Shown one piece after another: positions 20,068 to 30,836 of a stretch of DNA of 33,332 nucleotides. The DNA comes from Catajapyx aquilonaris. Taxonomy: Eukaryota. A model generated the notes under the pieces. The model saw only the letters and a program-made list of their open reading frames with translations, was not told the DNA's origin and made no database searches. Both the position numbers and the translations under genes were made by a program. The stretch is taken from the NCBI GenBank assembly GCA_000934665.2, contig JYFJ02001019.1, positions 62,001-95,332 on the forward strand. Reading direction: 5' to 3'. The first letter of the stretch is position 1, and each line of letters opens with the position of its first letter.

Positions 20068-20987
20068 CGAGGGGTGTTATATAAGTTCGTGGTTTCAAGT
20101 AGACATACGCGAGGCATGACAAAGAAACTATTTTATTTCTCAACATAGTCCCCACACCGGTCAATACACTTGTCCATCTTCGTGGCAACTTCTCCAAACC
20201 GCTCCGGTAGAAGGAAGAATGTCACCCCACCAAGACGTCCTCCACAGCTGCCTTGACCTCTTCGTCACTCCCATGGAGTCGACCCCGTAGGTGTTTCTTC
20301 ATGTTCGGGAACAGGTAGAGGTACCCAGGTTTCATCCTGTGTGACCAGACAAGCGTAAAATCCTTCTGCATCAGCATTCAGCAGGTGCAAATTTGATTGC
20401 GACATCTCCCGACGCACCGCCTTCTGTTCTGGCGACAACATTCGGGGTACCCATCGTGCTGACACCTTCCACAGGCGCAGGTGGTCATGTAGTATGGTGT
20501 GGATGAAAATTGTTGAGATGCCCACCACCTCAGCAAGGTACCTGATAGTCAGTCTTCGGTCTCCCATCACTAGTTCCTCCACTTTGGCCACATTTTCTTC
20601 AGTGGTGGAACACACGGGTCTTCCGGAGCGGGGGTCGTCTTCTAGGCTGTCTCGGCCTTGTTTGGAGAGGGCAGTCCACTTCTGGATCATGCTGTATGAT
20701 GGTGCATCGCCAGCCAATGTATCCTTCATGTCCTCAAAGATGTCCTTGGCACCCATTCCCTTTGCCACCAGGTACTGGATGACCGCGCGATGTGCGATGT
20801 TCGCCATCTTCACAATATGCTGCACACCCTTTCACATCCGAATTATTTCTGAACCCAAGGACTTTGACACCTATGTCAATTGGGTGGATATAGGGGTTTG
20901 AAGGGTGGCTCGATTTAATGGCGCTGTTTAGCTTCCGCATTTGCTTCTCCTTCTAGGCGAAACCACGAACTTATATAACACCCCTCG
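20068..20987 (-). mobile_element. Mariner transposon, internal-deletion derivative (920 bp)
   Basis: Perfect 29-bp TIR cgaggggtgttatataagttcgtggtttc; TA duplication; removing the element rejoins the RTE frame (..RNKDLS..). Confidence 0.95.
20265..20807 (-). pseudogene. Truncated mariner transposase (DNA-binding domains, WVPR motif and first catalytic Asp only)
   Basis: MANIAHRAVIQYL...LEDDPRSGRP...DRRLTIRYLA...KVSARWVPRMLS...LVTQDETWV, then a jump out of frame into the C-terminal YLFPNMKKHLRG..SDEEVKAAV segment. Confidence 0.88.
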
Positions 20988-21260
20988 TATTTCTAGAAAA
21001 CTTACTTGTGGAACCTATTATTTCAACCCGGAACTAACTCTCCTGTCTAACTCCCCATCCATTCTAGCATTACTCTCAAGTACACTACCCAGGTATACAA
21101 ACTGGTTGACACAGTTATAAAAATTACAATTCCAGCAGGTTCCTCGTACCTTTGGTACATACAGTGAAACCTGTCACGTTGGCCACCTCCCTATGTTGGA
21201 CATTATTTTTGGAACCAACAAAAAGCCTATACCTTGTATAGTAGTATGTATGTATGTAGA

Positions 21261-21400
21261 GGGAGACAAAGCGGCGCTGCGGTAACGTATGCGCCCACAG
21301 ATGTTAAGTTCCCGGGTTCGATCCCAGCCCGGGGACACCCCCTTCATCTCGTGCAGAGTTGAGCGGCCATCTCTGGCTTCATCTTGGGTGGTATTTTCTG
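21261..21400 (+). mobile_element. tRNA-derived SINE head, copy 2
   Basis: A-box-like cggcgctgcgg, B-box gggttcgatccc (~21314-21325), then cccccttcatctcgtgcagagttg shared with the other copies. Confidence 0.8.
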
Positions 21401-21552
21401 TACATTCTGTACAGCAACAGCTGAGTTGCATGTTTGACTGGTCATCCCTCTCTTCCCTAGACTTGGATGTGGAAGTTGGGCATCTTTGGAAATATCCCTC
21501 TTTAATCACAATATTTTCTTGGCCACATGACAAACAAGTATTTTGTGACATT

Positions 21553-21895
21553 GGGGCCGTCCAGACGGGCCAACCTTAGCCGCGGCCAGCCGCGGCTGGT
21601 CGAGGCCGCGACGGTTCACACGGCAACGGCCACGGCTCAGAAGTTGGCCAAGTTGGCCGACTTCCTGGAAGTTGGCTCGCAGCTTGGCCACAGCTTGGCC
21701 TCGGCGACGGATACTGCGCGTCACTTGTTTTTCGTCGCTGCCATGACTACCGGCCACTATTACAAATGCGGGTGGCTGTTATTAAAATATGTGCCCGTCT
21801 GAACGGGTACCGTGGCCAGCCGTGGCTCCGCAAGCCGGAGCCGGGGCCAGGGCCGCGGCCAGCCGCGGCTAAGGTTGGCCCCTCTGGACGGCCCC
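21553..21895. mobile_element. GC-rich MITE, probably PIF/Harbinger-type
   Basis: ~34-bp TIR ggggccgtccagacgggccaaccttagccgcggc with one mismatch; internal gccgcggc / ttggcc repeats. Confidence 0.85.
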
Positions 21896-22607
21896 AATTA
21901 TTCCTGAAGCAGGAGCCTATCTATGAGATAGTATCTTAGTAATCTAATCATATGAGGCATAATAATTATCAGCAAATAGCCAAACACCAAAATATGCCTA
22001 AACTAAAGGGATCAACTGGGTTGGTGAAGAGTGACTGTCTGTTCCTCCAAGATCTGAAATGCCTGCGCTGACTTTGTAGCCTATGAACTCGAGCTATCTA
22101 ATGCTCTCCATCAGCCACTGACATTGGTTTATAAATCAAACACATTGGTTTCTTCCACTTGCTATTGGGTGCAGAGGCACTCAATAACTTGGGACACTGG
22201 TGTGGGATTCAATAATTATGTCTCACCCTTGGTCATAACAGACTCAAGCAACTATGCCCATGTCATCGTAAGAAGGAAGGTGGAGTATCCTTGTGTTCTC
22301 ATTAAGTCTAACACATTTTCTTGAAACCCTGGGGGACACAGGTTGGAGTTACTAATCCTTCTCACAACCTTCTCTAGAGTTACTGTAGTGATGTGTCTTA
22401 CCATTACTAGATCACATTTGTCAAACCCCTGATAACACTTTAGCTAATTGTTACAAGTCCAACTTGATTGCGAAACACAATACTGAGGAAACTTTATTCC
22501 ACAAAACTCTCACCTACATGAAAAGGACAACACCACATAACTTCTCCATGCAGGTTTTTAATCAGGTAAATGATTATTGTAAAGAAGCAAGTGAAAGACA
22601 GTGTTGC

Positions 22608-22715
22608 TCACTCCTTTTGCTGCACCCGTACAAATCTGGCTGTGTTGGAAAAGTACTTTGCATTGGCTTCACTGACTTTCTTCTCAGCAGCTTGTGGGTT
22701 CACTATCTCCAACCC
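22608..22715 (-). CDS. PRPF31: PRPF31 last coding exon
   Basis: Acceptor ttttttgttgcAG; GLEIVNPQAAEKKVSEANAKYFSNTARFVRVQQKE then TGA; minus-strand AATAAA at 22493-22498. Confidence 0.93.
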   Translation of the reverse strand, partial: GLEIVNPQAAEKKVSEANAKYFSNTARFVRVQQKE

Positions 22716-25700
22716 CTGCAACAAAAAATATAAACACCAGTTACAATTTTGTCTACATGCTGTACGTGCTGAAGTATGAAGAGTAGGTCCCTGTTCATTG
22801 TAAACCCACCCTTAATAATTATATGAAGTGGAATGAGGAATACTTCACTCCTGCCAGAAGGGTTTAGCACATTTTAAAAATGGCTCCAACTAGTGACCTC
22901 GTATACCTGTCAATAAAACTCGGCAATTCAAATTGGCATAATCTAGAAAGTTCATAGCCAATTAGGGCCTCAAATGATCCATCCAAAGGTCAACAGAAAA
23001 TAGATTTCATAGCACCTGAGAGTAACTGTGCAAAAAGTAACTTATTAAAAATTCAAAATGCTACAGACAATATTCAGTTTACTACACAGGAGCTAAACTG
23101 GCAGTTTTGTACTATTCCCTCATGAGTATCATTATATGACATTAACGTTACGGTGATGCCATCCAGGATATATTCCCCTGGCAGTTGGCACCAGTGGGCA
23201 GGGATTAACATATGACATCATTTCCACTCACCTGCAAAGGTGTGAATGCAACAGATGAGGCTGTTCCAGACACATGCTTCTTGACACTAGTTGATCCTCC
23301 CCACACTTGCTGCTGTCTCTGAAGATTCTTCTGCAGTGCTTTTGAAATCCTGACCTTGGTTTTCTCATCAATCTGTGCCATTCTGACTTTCCCTGCACCA
23401 GCTTTACCCAGCTGACCCCTGCTGTATCCGAGGTCAGCTTGGTAGGCATCATCTTCAATCTCTCCAAAGCTGATCCGGTTTGCCTGTTTGCGAAGCTCCG
23501 TAACGGCATACCGCTCTTTCATCTTCCTCACTCTTCGACCACCTCTTTTCTTACGTGGTGGATCAACAGGTTTGGGAAGAGGTTTGACTGCTTTTACTGG
23601 TGGTGGTTCTTGGAGCTTGTCCAGCTTCTTCTCAATCTCTTCCCTCATAATCTTTCCAACACTCCCATCGCTGCACTCATGAAATGCATCAACACGTGCA
23701 GCCATAGTACACTTATTGGCAACTAGACGTGCTGCTTTTCGATGCATATCAGAAGGAGTGCCCTGAACTATATGAGAATGGTACACAAATCCAGTGTGTG
23801 GTAGGACTGCAGCATGGTTGAACCCAGATGGAGCTTTCCGTTGGGCGCCAAGGACAAGGACGTTGCATGCAGGCATCTTGGATAGCTTGGTCAGTCCACC
23901 AGCCACTCCTGAATGAGGTTCAGAAAACAAGAACAATTAAACACTGAAACAGGATCATGAACCTGCCTCAGTCACCCCTGGGCAGTTCTTGCCATGCCCC
24001 TCCCACTGGAAGTGGTCTTTGCCCTGGTCAGGCTGGGCAAAGACAACCAACAAGTTATCCTTCTCCCTGGCAGGTCAGAGAAAATCTCACCTTGTCTCAT
24101 CTTGTAACAATAACGTGCATGTCATCTACATATTCCATTATTTAATTCTGGTGGTGGAACTCAGCAAGAAAACTGGCATGATGGCATCTACAGTATATCC
24201 ATTGGTCACAGATCTGTGATCCGAAATCACAGATAGGTAGCCTGCTACCTAAGCATGTTGAAACCATTGCAAGCAAATGCTTCTATTTCCGAGTTGCAAA
24301 AACATGATCCTCAGTCTCATTATTTTGTATTATTCAAATTCATTATTAGGGAGATGACATGATGCTGGAAAATGGACACTTGAGCCCAGGGGCCATTTAT
24401 ACAGTTCTGGGAAATCTGGACTCATTTCAGAAGTGATCTGGTTCACAAAATGAAGCATTTATGATGAATGGATGATCATTGGACCATTCACTGGATCAGG
24501 TCTCCTCCCTGCATTGTCCCCAGCTATTGTCTTTGCCAAATTTCAATAACTCTCCAGCAACACACAAATGATTTGCCCTCATCACCATTGGAAATCACTA
24601 ATTGGAAAGACCCTAGCAAAAATGTTACATCATGAGGCTGAAAGATAGTTTTCCTTGCCAGCCTTCCTCTCGCCATGGTGATACAACATACTTCACTCAC
24701 TTGACATAGCCTGGTTTAAATCCAGTTGCTCTAGATCCCAACCTATGGGTCATGAAGCCTTTCTCAGGGGGTTGCACAGTTATTTTTACTGGCAATAAAT
24801 TCCGTCGAAAAATTTCACCAGGATTTAAACACTTAATTACATGTTTTAATATGTATACACTAGCCTACATCAATCTTGCTGGGGGGGTTTGTTGCCGGAT
24901 ACTTGACCATTATAAAAGGGGGTCATGACCCGAAATACGTTGGGAACCACTGATCTATATGAAGTCCAGGTCAGAGACGGTTGAAAATGCAATGTAATGA
25001 ACCTGCTCTGGAACAAGTTTCTTCGGTGGTGTGTAAAAATTGCCCCATTGTAAGCACATTTACGTAGATAAATACAAAGAAAAACTGGTAATGATCCTCA
25101 TGACCCAATTACCGTATTACCTCTCATAAACCAGCATGCTGAAATAACCCGGGGATGGCCGGAATGCCGCAATAGCCGAGGTAGATTTCTGTAATTTTGA
25201 TTCTTGCCAAATTATTTGGAATGCTTCTGGTACCGTTCTAAAATAATGTTATAATGAAAATGGGCGAGTATACAGGCTGAGAGAATATGCAAGTTCTGTC
25301 CAGTGCATATAAAAAATGTAGTGTGTGAGACAAATTCCATCATTAGCCTGCTTTGACAGGGGAACCCCCTGCTCCAACATACTGTTTAAGGGCCGGTTGC
25401 ACCGGTTGTGGTATATGGGAAGGTATATTTTTTATTTATTTATTTATTTTTTATTTAATTTACCCCGTGATCGTGGCTCATTTTGGGGGACAAAACCACA
25501 TGTGTATTACATACAGATTAGGTATGTGTGCATTAATGCTCATTTGTATTTACAATTTTGATCACGTTTTGAAAAAAGGTGAACAATTTATGAACATCTG
25601 GTTTTTGACTATTGGTGAAGAGCATCAAGATCTGGTCAGGTGGAAATTTAGGTATATCAAACAGGTGTTTCCGCCTTGGAGGTATGAACAAGGGGCACTC

Positions 25701-28700
25701 GTAGATTATGCGAAAAATTGAACAGTTTACCTGCCAATTGCACCATACACACTGTTCCTCTGATTCTATTTTAAATTGCTCGTTTTGTTTTAATTTTATA
25801 TAGCGGGAGTTATTTCGCAAATTCGCTAACAACCGAATGTGGGATATTGGCAGGTCTATCTTAAAATAGCTTTCTCTCTGGAATTCGTCTTTTACCTCTT
25901 TGTAGCTTATATATCTACTAGTTTTTTGTAGTCTGTTTATTAAATCATTTTTAAGCGCCAGTTCAATTGTTTCAAGGATCTTTGGGAGCTCATCTGCCGA
26001 CTTTTTCCAATTTGCTGCTAGAGGTTGGAAGGTTTTCGAACAACTTGCCAGCCAATTTAACCTGTTTTTCGGGCTTAATTCTTTTTGTGTGGTGTATAAG
26101 TATGCTGCTTTAAGGAGTTCATTTTTTGAGTTTGTTTCTATATTAAGTATAAATTTAAGTGTTGCTCTGGCAACATTTAAAGTAAGTGGGATTACTCCTG
26201 TTTCTAAATAGACAAAGTATGCTGCTGTCGTCCGTGGTAGGTTCAAAAACTTCTTTCGGAAGTAAGTTTGGACCTGGAGTATCTCTGCTAAGTGCTGGGG
26301 TCCCCATATTGGGCATGCGTACAATAGGACTGGCACAATGTGGGCATTGAAAAGTTTCAATGCCACCATGAGGTCTCTAAGTTTCAATTTAATGAAGACC
26401 GGCCAGAGTGAATTTATTGCGGCTATAGCCTTTCTTTTGAAAAATTCCGCTGCCTCGTTCATTTTGCCGGAGCACTTAAAAGGGACCCCTAGATATGTAT
26501 AGGATGATTCGTTTTTAATTTTTTGATCTTGCCAGAAGAAAGTTTTCCCGGGTTTTCTTCCACCCTTGTGGAAGCAAACAAGTTTGGTTTTGTCTAAGTT
26601 TATTTGTAGCTCGTTCTCTCTAAAATATTCAACTAATATATTTATATTTCTCTGCATATAACATGGGTTGTCTGTAAGCAGTATTATATCATCCGCGTAA
26701 GCCAAAAGCAATATATCCTCTTGTCCTGGACCAAAATTTACACCTTTAGCACCTGCGGCTGCTAACTCTGCATGGAGATCCGCTAAATATAGATCGAATA
26801 GGAATGGGCTTAAAGGTTCACCCTGTGGTAGACCTGTCGTTATCTTAATTAGCTCTGTATTGTGTTCCGAAACTATACTATGGGAAGGTATATGAAAGAA
26901 CCCTGCACCGCGGGTACCCAGTATAAACCATGAAAAACCGCGGGTTTATTCTATAGCGTTGCACCGGTCCAGATAAACGCGGGGTTATCAGTAGTACACT
27001 GGCCCATGAGACGTAAGTGGGCAAAAATTTGGGAGAGCGCTGATTGGATCGCAGCACCTGTGGCGTCATGGAAGTATGGCTAGTCGTCTAGTATCTACGG
27101 CAACCATGTGGCAGGGTAGCCACATGGTGTCACACAATTCATGAAATCCCTAGCACCAGTCCGCAACCATGACGACACCCATAAACCCGCGGTATAAGCA
27201 ACTTGCGCTGCTGGATCGGCGGGTAGATGGATCCGGCAGTAAATGGGAGGGAGAACGGGCCGTTTTAGAAAAACCGTAGGTGGCGCAACACTCCTCGCGG
27301 TATATCGGAGTGAAAACCCGCCGTTTTCCATATACCGCGGCCGGTGCAACCAGCCATAAATAGAGATGATTGCCAGACCCTGCAATTAAAAACAATAATG
27401 GAACGGGTGCCCTATTCAGAAAATGTGCCTTTTCGATAGGCTTGATGTGAATTTCAATTTTCAGGCAAATGTTAAGTTCGGAAAGGATAATGTAACTTAG
27501 GTCAAAACCTCACCTTATACCGGCATACCTCACCTTATAATGGCATGCATGTATAGTCACCAAATCGCGCATTTCTAAAAACTGGTTGACCTCGACTACA
27601 TTGGCATGCCGCTTTATGTGAGGTAATACGGTATGACAGAAACAAATGAACCTCGATGTCATATTTTTACAAAATCTGGCAAAGCACTGATTTTGAAATT
27701 GATTTAATTCCTTGCAAGTTAGTGATTATTGTAAATTTTCATGTTTTCAAGTTTTGTCAGAGTGTTTACACAGCTCTAATATTTGTAACTATATTATTGA
27801 GTAGTTCTGTAATGCAGGCCTACTTTAAACTAACATTGTTTTTTACCAAGCCTTTTCATCAGAATAATATATTTATTTATTTATATTTATTTACCCCATT
27901 GTTACCCTTTCGGGTTTGGGGGGGGGGGGGGGGGNCCGATTACATCAGAGCCGCTCCGGAGCAGTAGAGCCGGGTGCGGAGCGAGTCTGGAGTTTCTTTG
28001 GGAGCTTGCCAGCTTGCTCCGGAGCTGGACCCGGTTACGGAGCGGGTTCAGAGCGGTTCAGAGCTTGGTTAGGTCATACATTCCAACTCAACGGGTGGAA
28101 AGGCAGTAAAACCGCTGGATTTACTCCAGCGTATGTGTCATGTTTTCATGCTGGCAGAATGACTTTCCAAGCACCCGCGATACAGGGTGTACCGTAAATG
28201 TCACATTTTTATGTCATACACATTCTTGTATGTTACAATAATTACGTCATATGCATTTTTGTATGTTACAATAATTATGTCATATGCATTTGTTGTATGT
28301 TACAATATGATATTGTAACATACAAAAAATGCGTATGACATAAAATGTGACATACAACAAATGCATACGCCCATTAGCTCTTGGTATGACATGAAAATGT
28401 GACATCCAAAAAATGGGTATGACATATTGTGACATCCAAAAAATAAGTATGGCATATTGTAACGTACAAAAAATGCGCATGGCATAAAAATGTGGCATGC
28501 AACAAGTCCGTATGACATGAAAATGTGACATCCAAAAAATGGGTATGACATAATTATTGTAACATACAAAAATGTGTATGACATAAAAACGTGACATTTG
28601 TGGTACACCCTGTATTGCAGATGCTTGGAAATGTCATTCTGCCAGCATGAAAACATGATGCATACGTTGGAGTAAATCCAGCGGTTTTTCTGCCTTTCAA

Positions 28701-30836
28701 CTGCCTTTGAGTTGGAATGTATGATCTAACCAAGCTCTGAACCGCTCTGAACCCGCTCCGGAACCGGGTTCACCTCCGGAGCCGTTGGCCCGAACCAAAC
28801 TCCGGACCTGCTCCGACCTTGGCTCCACTCTGCTCCTAAACCCGCTCGAACCCGAACCAAGCTCCGATGCTCGCTCCGGACCCGGCTCTACTGCTCCGGA
28901 GCGGCTCCGATGTTATCGGGTTCACAGAGCAAGGGTTCGGTTCGGTTCACTACCCTGCTTTCAATAGCTTTACCCAGCCCCCCGCAACTCCCTCTCCTTT
29001 TGCGTGTGCTTAGCGAGTCACCTATCCCCGGATGTGGCGCACTGTACCAAATCACATTCAGGTGGATGACTTCTGAACCGCTCCCCCCCTGGGACCCAAA
29101 AAATATAGTTTCAATCAGCAATTTTAAGGTGTTAAAACGTACATGTGCAAATATTGTAGCTTGTGTGAACTTGAACAGCATAAAAAAATTTCGCCTGCGG
29201 CGGGCCTCTTCGTTCTTCCCTCACATAACCCCCCCCCCTGCAAATTTCCTGGCTACGTCGCTGGCTCTGAACCTACCGAAACGGTCAATTCCCATTCAGC
29301 TCTCATCCACAGATCCAACCATATGGAGAGTTCCAAACTGGGGCTGAATGGGAATTGACCGTTTAGGTAGGTTCAGAGCAATTCAGAAGTCGTCGGCCCG
29401 AATGTGATTTGGTACAGTGCTCCACATCCGGGGATATGGGACTTGCTAATCGCACGGCATTCCCCATAAGGCTAGATAGGATTTGCGAGAGGCTGGCTTT
29501 ACCTCAGATCTGAGATGCCTTAAGGAAGTGCCATTTCCTTACCCATTAACTTTGCTGCTGTTGACGCTCCAACAATAATCGACAGGTTGGGTGCAACATA
29601 TGCCATTCTGCTTTCAACGTACTCGTAGATCTTCATTTTGAATGCATCGAGTTCAACTGCCATGTCACAGGCTTCTACGATCCGATCTAACTCCTCCGAG
29701 GTGAGCAGTTGTCCTTGTGTTGTTGAGGCTGTGACTGACACCACCATGATAGTGGCTTGGGACAAGAACTTCTGCAGGGCTTCGTTATTCTTGGCCCGGT
29801 CAAGGTAATTTCCCAGCTCCCTCACTGTTCTCATATAATCAAGGGGGCCTACTACCAGTGACTCCAGTTCTGGGAATCGCTTTGAATATTTGTCACGGGC
29901 AAACTTGTGCACAATACCTGAAACAGTAACAGAATATTATTCGCTCACCATATTCTATGATTAAGACATTACAGCTACACCAATAAGGCTACAAATGCAA
30001 AAAATATTAATATTATAAAATATTAATTAAGAAAGGATGCAGAGTTGGAACGTAATGTGACTTGAAAAATAACATAATGAAGCGGAGCATTTACTCACCT
30101 ATCTCATTGTCAATCTCAACTGCAAGGTTGTTGGCCTCAACAATAAGCTGGTACTCAGGATCCACCTCTATTGGTCCAATCCTGACCCTATGTTTTCCTT
30201 TTCCGGCATCAATCTGTTCCATGATGCGCCGAAGCTGATCTGAGTCTCTCAGTTTGGCCAGCTGGCGAACTGACTCCACACCAACGGATGACCATGCCAC
30301 TGACAAAGATCATACAAGTACAGTCGAAATAACATGAAGAAAAGTAATGTTAACTACAACTAGCCCTGTAACTCAGGTAACGAAATCTTATACTTGGCCG
30401 ACTCATGAGCGAAAGCATAAAATGTCCAATTGATCATCTAATATGACTGTGTAACAACATGATTAAAATATTCCGGCAGTTTTGCTGGTACCATTTAGCT
30501 GGTTAACTAACACATTGTAATTGATCGTGTATCTTCCTTTCATCGCGTTGGGCCAGTTTTCCTTTCTTCTCCCATATTATGTATTAAACAGTGCAACTTG
30601 TGTTTTTTTTCCTCCTTCCCCCCCATGAAAGAAAGCATGTTAAAGATTTCCTTCCGTCCAGAAGACGTTTCGGTAGCCCCAGTGAGCATGATACCTTCTT
30701 TTTGTATGGATTCAGCGGTGGTAGGGGCTTCTTCCGGCCCTGCTGCTGGAACAGGCTCGTCCACCTGCATGTCCTCTTCCATGTCCCCATCGTCCCCTTC
30801 CTCCAGGTCAGCCAGAAGCTCGTCGGCAAGAGACAT
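22608..30836 (-). CDS. PRPF31: U4/U6 snRNP protein Prp31, 500 aa; complement(join(22608..22715,23232..23908,29543..29917,30099..30299,30695..30836))
   Basis: The spliced frame (1503 nt) reads MSLADELLADLEE...DPEYQLIVEANNLAVEIDNEI...HKFARDKYSKRFPELESLV...GGLTKLSKMPACN...RKKRGGRRVRKMKER...SGTASSVAFTPLQGLEIVNPQAAE, the canonical NOSIC/Nop/Prp31_C sequence; all introns are GT-AG. Confidence 0.97.
23232..23908 (-). CDS. PRPF31: PRPF31 coding exon 4
   Basis: Acceptor cctcattcAG, donor CAG/GTGAGT; lies inside ORF 23205..23936. Confidence 0.95.
24736..24952. mobile_element. Degraded hAT (Charlie/MER5-like) MITE
   Basis: Right end gggtcatgacccgaaatacgttgggaaccactg is intact; left end tcccaacctatgggtcatga lacks the terminal cagtggt. 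Confidence 0.6.
25429..26878 (-). mobile_element. 5'-truncated non-LTR retrotransposon (inner layer of nest)
   Basis: 15-bp TSD tatgggaaggtatat (25414-25428, 26879-26893); (TAAA)n tail; uninterrupted RT frame. Confidence 0.93.
25533..26876 (-). pseudogene. C-terminal part of LINE ORF2 (RT motifs and C-terminal Cys cluster), no start codon
   Basis: The frame is open from the truncation point: IVSEHNTELIKITTGLPQGEPLSPFLFDLYLADL...LLAYADD...YTYLGV...LLYACPIWG...CVWCN...ECP. Confidence 0.9.
27868..27935 (-). other. LINE-like 3' tail followed by a poly-G run and an undetermined base (probable assembly gap at 27935)
   Basis: The minus strand reads ...acaatggggtaaataaatataaataaataaat, similar to the ggggtaaat(taaa)n end of the 25429 LINE; a G run and N follow on the plus strand. 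Confidence 0.55.
27936..28957. mobile_element. Large foldback element, probably hAT-type; left terminus lost at the gap
   Basis: 27936-28180 is largely complementary to 28615-28919; right terminus ggttcggttcggttcactaccctg; gctccgga-type subterminal repeats. Confidence 0.75.
28183..28612. mobile_element. Tc1/mariner-type MITE with internal tandem repeats
   Basis: TIR cagggtgtacc..aaatgtcac / gtgacattt..ggtacaccctg; TA flanks; repeated ~30-nt tatgacat..aaatgtgacat.caaaaaatg units. Confidence 0.85.
29003..29456. mobile_element. Palindromic MITE-like element interrupted by a hAT end fragment (~29084-29263)
   Basis: tatccccggatgtggcgcactgtaccaaatcacattc / gaatgtgatttggtacagtgctccacatccggggata and gctctgaacctacc..cggtcaattcccattcagc / gctgaatgggaattgaccg..gtaggttcagagc; the insert ends in ggctacgtcgctg. 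Confidence 0.75.
29543..29917 (-). CDS. PRPF31: PRPF31 coding exon 3
   Basis: Acceptor gttactgtttcAG, donor TGG/GTAAGG; IVHKFARDKYSKRFPELES...AAKLM. Confidence 0.95.
30099..30299 (-). CDS. PRPF31: PRPF31 coding exon 2
   Basis: Acceptor atctttgtcAG, donor TAG/GTGAGT; SVRQLAKLRDS...IDNEI. Confidence 0.92.
30695..30836 (-). CDS. PRPF31: PRPF31 first coding exon
   Basis: MSLADELLADLEEG...IQKE; donor AAG/GTATCA; 142 nt. Confidence 0.9.

Larger units (their letters stand above)
18934..21109 (-). mobile_element. 5'-truncated, decayed RTE-clade LINE with nested insertions
   Basis: Minus-strand remnants VNQFVYLGSV..., PSLMYGSEAWVW...LRAVCGVT..., VRWFGHVERM..., RPRKTWLDQVE and RRSCVKRTIVVAEAKVVCLDRCKW; frameshifted; (GTT)-like tail; 11-bp TSD cacagttataa (18923-18933, 21110-21120). 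Confidence 0.88.
25390..27356. mobile_element. PIF/Harbinger-type MITE (middle layer of nest)
   Basis: TIR gggccggttgcaccggttgtggtatatgg / ccatataccgcggccggtgcaaccagcca; TAA duplication (25387-25389, 27357-27359). Confidence 0.8.
25112..27631. mobile_element. pogo/Tigger-type non-autonomous element (outer layer of nest)
   Basis: TIR ccgtattacctctcataaaccagcatgc / gcatgccgctttatgtgaggtaatacgg; TA flanks. Confidence 0.8.

Noticed and set aside
21162..21260. TA-CAGTGAAACCT pogo-like left end as a complete element
   Set aside because: No matching right terminus was found, so boundaries cannot be supported.
24495..24590. Box C (GTGATGA) and box D (CTGA) about 90 nt apart in the PRPF31 intron as a C/D snoRNA
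   Set aside because: No terminal stem, no clear C'/D' boxes and no rRNA/snRNA complementarity that I could recognise.
28200..28600. Regularly repeated ~30-nt units as a CRISPR-like array or repeat protein (ORFs 28280..28597, 28300..28656)
   Set aside because: The units are degenerate, directly adjacent and lack unique spacers; they lie inside a TA-flanked TIR element in a eukaryotic intron.
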